DNA of 63,551 nucleotides, the filler included, from Octopus bimaculoides (Eukaryota), in NCBI RefSeq assembly GCF_001194135.2. It is 5 parts of 5 records of this genome, joined end to end, with 100 filler letters (N's around TTAATTAATTAA, not from the genome) between each part and the next. Parts side by side here need not be neighbours in the genome. Positions count along the whole stretch, not along the records: positions 31,854 to 59,359 come from NC_068983.1; positions 59,460 to 63,551 come from NC_068985.1; 3 more parts are not named here. One strand, given 5' to 3'. The stretch's first letter is position 1. Each line of letters starts with the position of its first letter. Position numbers and translations under genes: made by a program. The notes beneath the pieces were generated by a model. The model searched no databases. It had not been told where the DNA came from and was given only the letters and a program-made list of their open reading frames with translations. Below, piece by piece: positions 53,137 through 63,551 of this stretch.

Positions 53137-53334
53137 TTGGGCTGGTGCATAATTATTACGGCTTTTTTTCATCAAATTTTATTCAGCAAAAACAATAACA
53201 ATATTTAGTAAAAACCGATGGTGAATAGGCTCCGGAATAATCATTTAAAGATGTTTTTTGTTACCTGTTGTTATTGTTTTTGTTGAATAAAATTTGTCGA
53301 AAAAAAAAGCCGCAATAATTATGCACCAACCCAA
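53137..53334. mobile_element. Mariner-type MITE with about 65-bp TIRs and TA TSD
   Basis: ttgggctggtgcataattattacggc...gccgcaataattatgcaccaacccaa; TA on both sides; TIR resembles the Hsmar1/MADE1 type. Confidence 0.88.
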
Positions 53335-53399
53335 TAGTAAATAGTTCTAAGTTAGAGAAAATGAGGAATTATTTGGATCTGTATTTGCTGACTCATCAA

Positions 53400-54420
53400 G
53401 AAACACAACCATATTGCAGACTCATTCACCTCGACAGATACCAGTATCCCGTGTCGGAGGTGTTGAATGAATCAAGAATTAATTAGCGAGAGAGTGAATG
53501 CTCCAAGCCATGCAAGAGTTGAGATTGCGGCTAAGTTTCTAATCCTCACAAGTAACAACTTCATTTTTAATTATGCAGCTAATAACCCATCTCAAACATT
53601 AATGACACCTCTGTCCTTTTACTTTTGCCTCTGAAACCATAGAATACGGACCCTTTGGCTGGACCTCCCTCTTCCTCCTTTCTGTTTTATCCTACCACAC
53701 ACCAATCATTGCTTCACATTACTGAAAACCACGCCATTACAAATTCCACTTTGCACGCATTTACACCCATACACATAAAACATACTCATCATTCCTCACT
53801 TGTGCTATTTTAAAACGTGGACGCGCTCTCATATATTCACACGCAGCCGCCCCATCTCAATTCTTTATTCTCCTTTAGACACACATAAACTAATCTTCTA
53901 AATCCTTGGTCATCTTCTAAATCGGTGACCGTTTGGTTCCTTTTTTTCTCAAAGTCTTTTTCTCTTTATAATTTTTCCGGTGCTTTTCTTCTGACGAAGG
54001 AATACTGTCCGAAACGTTCAGGCCTTTTCTCTTCTTTTAATCGCAAAACTAATACAATATTTATCAAAAATCTTTCTTCGTATGTCGTTTTAATTCCTTT
54101 TCTTTTTGACAGTTATTGGCGCATAAATAAGTCTTCAGAAAATCAGACTATCTCTCTTTTAATGGTATGTCATTTTTAGAGACCCAGCATAGTAACACTC
54201 AGTACCCAGTTGCAGCCCCTATCCACTTGCACAAACACCGCATATGTCAGTTCGACCACGTGATCCGAAAGAACCAATGCGAACAAGCCTTACATATTAT
54301 CCAGTAGAAGCTATTCTTAACTAGTAGCTGCAAAAGAATTACTACACAGAAGAACCAGATCGACCAAAAGTATATTTTTCACCTCCGTGAAACTCCAAAG
54401 AATGGCAGCCTATGGACAAT
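53400..54420 (+). mobile_element. Decayed Penelope-like element (RT trace, pLTR, GIY-YIG end)
   Basis: LILTSNNFIFN resembles the PLE RT N.F.FN motif; DQKYIFHLRETP resembles the endonuclease C-terminus; hammerhead-like motif between them. Confidence 0.45.
53985..54025 (+). ncRNA. Candidate minimal hammerhead ribozyme (PLE type)
   Basis: CTT-CTGACGA-A-GGA atactg TCC-GAAAC-GT-TC-AGG: core boxes, 3-bp stem II, short stem III, UH site and stem I complement are all present; activity untested. Confidence 0.5.
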
Positions 54421-55318
54421 CTGCTTATATAGAGAGAAACGTATTTTTTGCTTCACTTTTACTCGTATTTCTCTACATATGTATCTACCTATCTGTTTGT
54501 CGCAGACACACTTGGTGTACTTTCCATTTATCTATCTGTATTTATCTATCGATACACTCACAGAAAAACGCACACATACAGACGCCTGAGGGCACACACG
54601 CATGCACACTGCGTTTTCTTTGGTAAATTATCAATGCATAAAGTTCCTTTTGTCTTGATATGATTAAATCTGATGCTTGAATTCTAATTATTCTGCAATT
54701 TAGTTTTGATACCCCCTCCCAGCACCCTTCCTCTTTTCTCCCTTCTCTTTCCATCTCAGTCGACTTCGATCAGTTGACAATGATTTTGCGATGTTCTTAA
54801 CATAGCGGAATAAATTCCGAAAATGGTTCTTCTTTCAACTCACTATCGATGGCTTCTCCTTGTGCCTATCTTTCAATATCTCATTCACCTCCATCCCTGA
54901 ATACATACATACATACATACATACATACACACAGNNNNNNNNNNATATACATATATATACATATATATATATATACATATATATATATATGTGTTTGTAT
55001 GTATGTATATATGTATGTATTTATATATGATTGCCAATCATCAGCTGTCTTTGATATGGTTAGAAAACGTCGTTAAAAGCAGAAGAGCTTTAAGTTCCAA
55101 TAAAACAAAGGGAGATTGCAAGGAATTAGAAATAGCTATGGCTTAAGTAGGATCCATGAAAGCAAGAAAAGAATAGAATATGAGGTTACGAACGAAAGAA
55201 TTGATTGATAAACGATGAATACAGAGGAATATGCAAAGAGCTAGGAAACTGCCATACAGAAGCAGAGGCGTGTATGCATGTACACAAATACATACATGCA
55301 TACATACATACATATATC

Positions 55319-55352
<34 letters not shown>

Positions 55353-55397
55353 GATATATATAAACATAATTAAGGGATCAGCAAACATTTGCTTCAC

Positions 55398-55530
55398 CAC
55401 ATACCGAAGTTCAGAAATAGCAGCTAAAAAAGCTGAGACTCCAACAGATAGCATTACTTGTGAGTTACAAGTAATGCTATCTGTTGAAGTCTCAGCTTTT
55501 TTAGCTGCTATTTCTGAACTTCGGTATGTG
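55398..55530. repeat. Near-perfect inverted repeat: 64-bp arms, 5-nt loop, one mismatch
   Basis: 55398-55461 pairs with 55467-55530; the right arm runs into a 792-N gap. Confidence 0.95.
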
Positions 55531-56322
55531 NNNNNNNNNNNNNNNNNNNNNNNNNNNNNNNNNNNNNNNNNNNNNNNNNNNNNNNNNNNNNNNNNNNNNN
55601 NNNNNNNNNNNNNNNNNNNNNNNNNNNNNNNNNNNNNNNNNNNNNNNNNNNNNNNNNNNNNNNNNNNNNNNNNNNNNNNNNNNNNNNNNNNNNNNNNNNN
55701 NNNNNNNNNNNNNNNNNNNNNNNNNNNNNNNNNNNNNNNNNNNNNNNNNNNNNNNNNNNNNNNNNNNNNNNNNNNNNNNNNNNNNNNNNNNNNNNNNNNN
55801 NNNNNNNNNNNNNNNNNNNNNNNNNNNNNNNNNNNNNNNNNNNNNNNNNNNNNNNNNNNNNNNNNNNNNNNNNNNNNNNNNNNNNNNNNNNNNNNNNNNN
55901 NNNNNNNNNNNNNNNNNNNNNNNNNNNNNNNNNNNNNNNNNNNNNNNNNNNNNNNNNNNNNNNNNNNNNNNNNNNNNNNNNNNNNNNNNNNNNNNNNNNN
56001 NNNNNNNNNNNNNNNNNNNNNNNNNNNNNNNNNNNNNNNNNNNNNNNNNNNNNNNNNNNNNNNNNNNNNNNNNNNNNNNNNNNNNNNNNNNNNNNNNNNN
56101 NNNNNNNNNNNNNNNNNNNNNNNNNNNNNNNNNNNNNNNNNNNNNNNNNNNNNNNNNNNNNNNNNNNNNNNNNNNNNNNNNNNNNNNNNNNNNNNNNNNN
56201 NNNNNNNNNNNNNNNNNNNNNNNNNNNNNNNNNNNNNNNNNNNNNNNNNNNNNNNNNNNNNNNNNNNNNNNNNNNNNNNNNNNNNNNNNNNNNNNNNNNN
56301 NNNNNNNNNNNNNNNNNNNNNN

Positions 56323-56361
<39 letters not shown>

Positions 56362-56364
56362 GCA

Positions 56365-56595
56365 TCTTTACTTGTTTCAGTCATTTGACTGTAGCCATGC
56401 TGGAACACCGCATTTAGTCGAACAAATCGAACCCAGGATTTATTCTTTGTACGCCAAGTACTTATTTTGTCAGTCTCTTTTGCTGAACCACTAGATACAG
56501 TGACGTAAACACACCAGCGTAGGTTGTCAAGCGATGGTGGGGAGAGACAAATACAGACACACAAATACATACATATATATATATACGACGGTTTA
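56365..56595 (-). mobile_element. SINE family C tail
   Basis: ctttacttgtttcagtcatttgactgtagccatgctggaacaccg...gacgtaaacacaccagcgtaggttgtcaagcgatg. Confidence 0.85.
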
Positions 56596-57170
56596 AAACA
56601 TTCAGTGAGACGTACTCGCGATACGTAAATAAAAGAAAGGCTCTCGTGATACGTAAACAGAGAGAGGCTCTAGTGATCCGCAAACATTTAACATTACAAA
56701 ATTCGAACAACTTGTATTCCCGTGCCGTTTTCTTCCAACTTAACTCATGAATGTAACTAACACCGTTGATGACAATCAGAGACCTTGATTACAAAGGAAC
56801 GGCGTACATTTTATTACAAAGATTGTGTCATGTCGTCATTTGGGAAGGTTTGCGATCCGAATAGCACAAGGGGGATGCGAAGGTAGCTGCGATGCTCGAG
56901 TTGGTTCTGTAATTGGTCCTCCGTTGATTATCATTGTTGTTGTCTTGGAGACGGAGTCTTTGATGCTCCCGCGCTTTGTTTGTCATCATCAGATTGTGAA
57001 CCGAGGACAAGATTCTTCCCCTTGAAAAAACAGTATGGAGCATAAGAAGTGGTCATAGCAGACACGGGGAATCAATAGACATCTATATCGATACATAGAT
57101 ATCTAAAAATAAGTGGTGGGGAAGATTTGTCCAGTAATTGAAGCAACTAAAAGACAAAAGTTATCAATCA

Positions 57171-57217
<47 letters not shown>

Positions 57218-57292
57218 TCCCTCTCTCTCATTCTCTCGTTCTGTGTCCGTCTGTCTGTCTATCAATCTCTCTATCTCTGTCTCTCTCTTGAT

Positions 57293-57677
57293 CGTGGCAT
57301 TCCGTCGGTCACGACGACGAGGGTTCCAGTTGATCCGATCAACGGAACAGCCTCTTCGTGAAAATAACGTGCAAGTGGCTGAGCACTCCACAGACACATG
57401 TACTCTTAACGTTGTTCTCGGGGATATTTAGCGTGACACAGAGTATGATAAGGCTGGCCCCTTTGAAATACAGGCACAACAGAAACAAGAAGAAAGAGTG
57501 AGAGAACGTTCTGGTGAAAGAATACAGCAGGGTTCGCCACCATCCCCTGCCGGAGCCCTGTGGAGCTTTAGGTGTTTTCGCCCAATAAACACTCACAACG
57601 CCCGGTCTGGGAATCGAAACTGCGATCCTACGACCGCCAGTCCGCTACCCTAACTAATGGGCCATTGCGCCTCCACA
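57293..57677 (-). mobile_element. SINE family B with 10-bp TSD
   Basis: TSD ctctcttgat at 57283-57292 and 57678-57687. Confidence 0.92.
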
Positions 57678-57690
57678 CTCTCTTGATGTA

Positions 57691-57729
<39 letters not shown>

Positions 57730-58250
57730 AATGTAAGATCCAGGGGTCGAGGTGTAGGATGCAATCCGTAGTAAACATAAAACAAAAAAACTTTCAGGGC
57801 AAATAGTGGTTTATTGAGACCTAAGGCTGTAGAATTTTTTGTATCGAAGTACAATAAATTGAAAAGGAGTTCTTTTTATATTGCACGGTAGGTGACCAGG
57901 GTTGCCAGGTGTGAGAATAAGAATACAAGATTTACGGAATGGAGTAGGTAAGATCCTGGCTACATATTTTTTCAAAGCGAGGGGAACCTCGGAAGGGATA
58001 AAATGCAAGCGAGGTGTATACCGTCACCTACACTTCAGGCGAAGGATATCTTGATTAGATTAAAGGTTACATTGTGGTGAGCACAGTATGAGAGGGGTAT
58101 GTAAGTGTAGGAAGAAATAAATATTAGAAGAAAGGGGGAAGAAAGAAGGAATATAAGGGTGTGAGATGAGGGGGAATTTAAGCAGGGTCAATTGACTGGT
58201 ACTAAACAGTAAATGAGGAATATTGGTGTGTACGTATTAAATGAAAGTTT

Positions 58251-58314
<64 letters not shown>

Positions 58315-58433
58315 GTGTGTGTGTGTGTGTGAGTATGTGTGTGTGTATCAATTTTTCTTTATCTGGTTTACAAGATTATTGATGTAAATTCGCATGTTGA
58401 AATAAACCTTGCTGTGTTATCAGTCGGTGATTA

Positions 58434-58705
58434 CATTACGCCCATAATGATAACACACGCACTGTATCAATATTACTTCTTTATTTTTAGTCAATTGGTT
58501 AAATATCCAACCAACCAACTAATTAATCGTTTGTGTAATATGTTGATTTAACAAAAGGATTTTGACTAACAAACAACTGACTGATTGTTTAACCAACACA
58601 TTAAACAAACAATCGATTAGTTCGTTGGTTGGATATTTAACCAATTCACTAATACTGAAGAAGTAATATTTAACCAGTGTGTGTTTTATCATTTTTGGCG
58701 TAATG
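58434..58705. mobile_element. 272-bp foldback/MITE with about 115-bp imperfect arms
   Basis: cattacgcc...ggcgtaatg termini; the ORF track gives near-identical peptides on opposite strands (58339+ and 58519-). Confidence 0.8.
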
Positions 58706-59585
58706 ACCCTCTTAAGACGAATCAAAATATGTTTTTATATTTATATTTATATATAGGGGATATACATATATATTATAAACATATAGATCACATATCTCAC
58801 ACACACATACACACACAGATATACACTGCATGTCCAGCGGGGTGGAGAGACGGAGAAATATTTTTGCTTGGTGTCAGGGTGGACAGTAAAACCACCGGTG
58901 ATGAGGGATCCTTAGCTGCTGTCTCGGCGCCCTTCTGTAAGAGGGACGCTTTGATGTAAAACCAGTAGTTCTTTTACGTAATGACTGGTCATCTCACTTC
59001 GGACTTTCATTTGGTACCAGTCGTAGACACGCAGAGTGTGACGTTTGCGTTGTACAAGCGTTTATCACTGTAGTCCAACGACATATAGACGTCCCTTGAT
59101 GGTGACCTCATTTGTCATCGCATCTACTTAAAACCCTATGGTGATGGATGAGCGGTTTCGTGTGCAGAACCAAGAGGTCGGAAGCGCAGAATAAGGCACC
59201 ACTTTTGTGCGCCACTTACGTTTCAAACCATGCAGAACTGCAACGGGACTGGATAGTTATCTGAGTAGTCACGGACGGAAAGTCAGAAACGGTATATATG
59301 ATCAGAAAGTACAGAAAGGATGTAATCATCTGTGAAGATGGAACAACTGTCATATATATNNNNNNNNNNNNNNNNNNNNNNNNNNNNNNNNNNNNNNNNN
59401 NNNTTAATTAATTAANNNNNNNNNNNNNNNNNNNNNNNNNNNNNNNNNNNNNNNNNNNNTATATTGATAGAAGAGGTAAGCATCTTTTCGATGGCCAGGT
59501 AACTGAAGAGACGGCGGCATGGGTTTTCGCCCCGACATCCGAAACTCGGAGCTTTGTCATGGCTACCGAATAATTGTCACATATT

Positions 59586-59667
<82 letters not shown>

Positions 59668-59704
59668 ATGTATGTATGTATGTATGTATGTATGTATGTA
59701 TGTA

Positions 59705-59870
59705 TAGGGAGAATTCACAAAAGAACAAATGACGAAGACAGGTGGTTTAGACAACAAACAGATGCATTAGTTTAACGCTCGGGAAGTGAAAAAGTCTACG
59801 CTCTTCCACAGAAAGGAACACAGAAAGAAACAAGGAGAGAAAATAAAGAATGTGTAGCGGCTAGCGATGG
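59705..59870 (-). mobile_element. Repeat family D (PLE-like), short internal deletion
   Basis: Matches 3925-4095; abuts a (TATG)n tract. Confidence 0.8.
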
Positions 59871-60384
59871 CGATCTATATATATACGCGCGCGTGCACAC
59901 ACACACACACACACNNNNNNNNNNTCTAAATTAAGTTTAAATTAAAGTAATTGCTCATTTGTATATTTGGCAGTAATATACGTTAATACAATACATAAAA
60001 ATCAATCAGTAAAATCCTGTTTGAGACTATGAATTACAATATAGGTAAAAATCGGATGTAACGAGGCGAAAGAGGCACTTTAGGGGCACATAGTGATTGA
60101 TAAGGTATCAAAGTGTGATGAAGAAACGTTTGACAAACTCGTCGATTAACCGATTGATCAACTGATTAATTATTTAATTGACTGGTAATAAAACTGAAGT
60201 GAAACACAGTCAGTGCGTGCATTTTATTAGCTGCATGACCCTCCCAAAATGCAACAGTATCAGTTTCAACACAAGATGTTATATTTATAATCTTGCAAAA
60301 CAAATATAAAACAGAGAAGAGAAATTTATTTTTAAAAAATCATAAAATTATCTCTTATAAGTTAAATACTTCATTCAATTAAAC

Positions 60385-61067
60385 CAGTGGTTCTGAAACT
60401 GACGAATACCAGCCCTGTCACCAACTAAAATTAGTGAAATTTTTTTGCCCATCTCTTTATTAACAAGACGACAAAACAGTATGAATCAATATAATTCCTT
60501 GTTTTCTTCGTCATGTTGTTGATCGGGTTTAAAAATTTTACAACCATCTTAGTTTTATTCAAGAAAGCATTTTGTTCGACTCTTCTTCAAACGTTGAAAG
60601 CCTATCTCTATGAGAAACACTGATTCAAACGACAAAATATCTATTTCAGTAGAAGTTAAAAAATGTCCATATTTTCACAGCCGCTTCTCCTATAATCAGT
60701 CATGTGTAACTACTTTTCATTTGACGTAGTCATATCAAAATTTATTTGGCAAATTTAAACTTATAGATCACATATTCTTTCAGTTAATGTGGAATTATCG
60801 ATTTCGGTGCAACAACGAACAAATAAAAGGCATTATGATTAAGACTAAACAAATGATATTTCCTGGAACTTGTAACATTTTTGTTTTACCTTAGAAGTGT
60901 TTTGTATTCATATTTTCGGTAACAATTTTAAAGTGAATATTTGCAAAATAAATTTTTTATGTTGAGATTTTACTTCAAAAGTCTATTTTCTGTGCTTTTG
61001 TTAACAATACAAAATTCAGTATTTACATCAGAAAAGCCTATGCATATATTTTAGCTCAGAAGTTATT
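60385..61067 (-). mobile_element. hAT transposase C-terminal relic with terminal TIR
   Basis: cagtggttctgaaact is a Charlie-like TIR; minus translations EAAVKI and ILSFESVFLIEIGFQRL resemble the dimerisation motif LLPF.STYLCE.GFS.L. Confidence 0.5.
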
Positions 61068-61995
61068 TACCAAGTGCCTTCCAGAAGTTTTAAGACATTT
61101 TCAGGAAAGACATCTATTCCGTTCAAAGAAGTACAAAATCCTGATTTCCATCAAAGTTGGGCACCCCTGACTTCAATACACTTGGTGTAGAACTCCAGCC
61201 ACTTCGTGAAGATTCCCATGGAAGTCTTCTGAAGTGAAGGTGTCCATGACCCTTGTCACAGCCTCCTTCATCTTCTCAATGTCATCAAAACAACTGCCCC
61301 TTAAGTTCTCTTTCAACCTGGAGAACAACCAAAAATCAAAGGGGAAAAGATCTGGACTGTAGGGAGGGTGAGGGAGTTTTGGAGCCCTTCTAAGTCAAGT
61401 AGTTGGTTACCAGGATCGAGCTATAGTCTGGTGCATTGTATTGGTGCATGTGCCAACAAGCCGAATGGAAGAGCTCTGGCCTTTTGCGACGAAATCTCTT
61501 CCTTAACTCAATCAAAACCTTCACAAAGTGCGCCGTTTCTAAAGTATTTGGTCAGAGGGAACTCAGTGAATCTAGATGATACACTTACTGTCTAAAAAGG
61601 GGATCACCACGACCTTCCCGCTGGACTGCTTTGCCTGACAACTCGTGTCAGCGAAAAACATGCTCAGCTCATACAAATTAATCCATCGGTAGTCTGGAGT
61701 ATTTCATAATTTTCTGTAGCGTCTTTGCCTAGTCTAACACAAAACTTAATTGGATAGCGAGATTTCAAATTGTCTTCACATTACGACTACATTCTGTAAA
61801 CAAGTCAGCTGTGACAAGCTGTGTTCTGAAGAGTGTGTTCAAAGTGCTATTACAGCCGTCTCCTTCAATGTGGAATAACAACAGTTGGTAGATCAGCTTA
61901 TTAAGAGCATGGTGAATACTAAAATTACAACAATCTAGGAAAGTTGCAACTGCCTCTCTTAAAGATTTTCCTAAACTCCTAGAATGAATCTCGCA
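61068..61995 (-). mobile_element. Mariner relic with both TIRs (same family as 38921-39833)
   Basis: IKFCVRLGKDATENYEILQT N-terminus; PHPPYSPDLFPFDFWLFSRLKENLRG C-terminus; 5' non-coding region homologous to 39690-39830. Confidence 0.85.
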
Positions 61996-63320
61996 TGACT
62001 ACATTTGTTTCTGTAAAAACAGGATCGTCTGGTAAAAAATACTCATATTTCATGCGAGGTGAAATCTGTTATTTTAGTGTTGTTGATTTTTGGTCCCACC
62101 TAGAGCTACATTTAGGTGTTTATGACGAAACACGCCCCAGCTACACTTACCTTGTCGGAAGACTGGCCCTTAAAAAGGTTGGTATTGAGGACAAATGCTT
62201 TTGATGAAGCCGAAAACGTGGATCATATTGCTAGGCGCCACATCAACTGCTAATTATTATTTATTTATTAATTTTCTTTGCCAACAGTTATTCTGAGTTG
62301 AAGAATTTTCACATATTTTCATATTGGAGAATGATTGAGGTATGATTCTGTTATGTTGGCAACGATGCTTTTTCCGGATAACCTTAGCAGTCTAGCAGAA
62401 GTCAACTCCAAGTAACAATAACTTTATAAAAAACAACAAAAAGGATGACGCATAATCTCAATTATATGCTGTGAATTAACTGATAAAGCAAAGACTTAGA
62501 CTTCATCAATCATGATATGAAATGCCCCATAAATTTGCTGTGATTTGTAAGACTATTCTTTTTAATGAAGACGGGTGTTTCTCGTTCGGAAATTGGAAGT
62601 TAACGTCACTGTGTACAGTTAGTCCTTCCTTAATCAAATCAGCAGCTACTCCAGTTGTTACAATTACATGAACTATCTGATCCCTTTCTACTGATGAAGT
62701 TTTCAGTGTGTTGTGAATATAGATTTTTAGGGTTTTATAGAATAAAAACATAGGCCTTTCATTTACCAATTATTTGATTTTAAGGACACGATTTTATATG
62801 AGGATGAGTCAGAAAGTAAAGCAAATAAAATTTGCATTATTTAATGAGTTTCGTAATTAATATTATATTAAATATGACATAAAATAACCTGGCTACCAAA
62901 TATAATGTCTGTTGTCCGAGAAGGAGATTATTCTATATTTTCGGCCATTTCAGATTAGAAGTCATAGTAATGAATAAGTCAAGATTTTCATATTTTTCCA
63001 CTATATCCATATACTTATGATACAAAACTCCCTTATGTTGCATGTAGAACCTTGGAAAGATGACGGTGGTATTACTCTCCGTACTCCTTGTACACCGGCA
63101 TAGTTATCTAGATTAATGAAATGGTCACATAATCCTTTATACTACATAACTTTAAGCTTTTATTGACGTGACCGTTATATAGATGATTTAAGATATTTGC
63201 TTTAATTTGGAAGTACGAATCCACAGCCTATTGAAAACTCAAGGCTCAAAACCAACAAAGCTCATAAAATTCACAAGCAGTCTCTAGGAATACTTAGAAT
63301 GTAGAGGGATCATTACATTC
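61996..63320 (-). mobile_element. Helitron Rep/helicase relic with large internal deletions
   Basis: In order: YS*RL, FQ*AVDSY, YKGLCDH..RRVIPPSSFQGS, DLFITMTSNLKWPKI..LVARLF (Rep); VTTGVAADLIKEGLTVHS, IMIDEV, KLLLLGVDF, NHSPI*KYV, AFVLNTNLFKGQSSDKV, LNVAL, TNVV (PIF1 helicase). May continue to the window end. Confidence 0.85.
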
Positions 63321-63551
63321 ACCAATACCTTCTATATTTATATTCACGCCTGAACCTCTACGTCGTCGCGCGACCTGTCAGAAATAGGAGACAAATAACC
63401 TTCAAATTACACCCTACTGTCTTTAGAAAGAAAAGCACGTATTGAGTAATATAGTTCGAAATACTTCTAAATAACGGGATGATCATGGATGGAATGAATT
63501 TGATAAAAGGATTCCTCAATCAGGTTTAACTTTGGGGCGAACAATGCCAAC

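Noticed and set aside
53128-53343. 9-bp direct repeat tagtaaata flanking the MITE
   Set aside because: Mariner TSDs are TA, and the 5671 copy is also followed by tagtaa; more likely target context or chance.
61979-61995. Apparent Helitron C-terminus MRDSF-stop
   Set aside because: These bases match the mariner TIR seen at 39808-39833, so they belong to the mariner.

Overview
AT-rich eukaryotic, non-genic (intergenic or intronic) window with 22 N-gaps totalling about 5.5 kb, dense microsatellites and many transposon relics. The SINE families and repeat landscape suggest an octopus (coleoid cephalopod) genome; this is an inference. I found no intact host gene, RNA gene or CRISPR array, and almost all ORFs in the track are N-spanning, microsatellite-derived or TE-derived. 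Supported content: about 30 copies or fragments of three tRNA-derived SINE families (here A, B, C; several with TSDs); non-LTR fragments (RTE at 10.0-10.6 kb, CR1-like at 35.4-36.5 kb, about 10 R4/Dong-type pieces at 21.5 kb and 27.4-32.2 kb bounded by (TAA)n); Penelope-like relics with hammerhead-like motifs; Tc1/mariner, hAT, piggyBac-like and HINE relics; and an internally deleted Helitron at the right end. The most interesting items are the TAA-bounded R4/Dong mosaic, a candidate minimal hammerhead ribozyme at 53991, several long foldbacks (including a 64-bp-arm near-perfect hairpin) and modular SINEs. I do not see evidence for a wholly new biological system. Coordinates are read by eye and boundaries are approximate unless a TSD or TIR is quoted.
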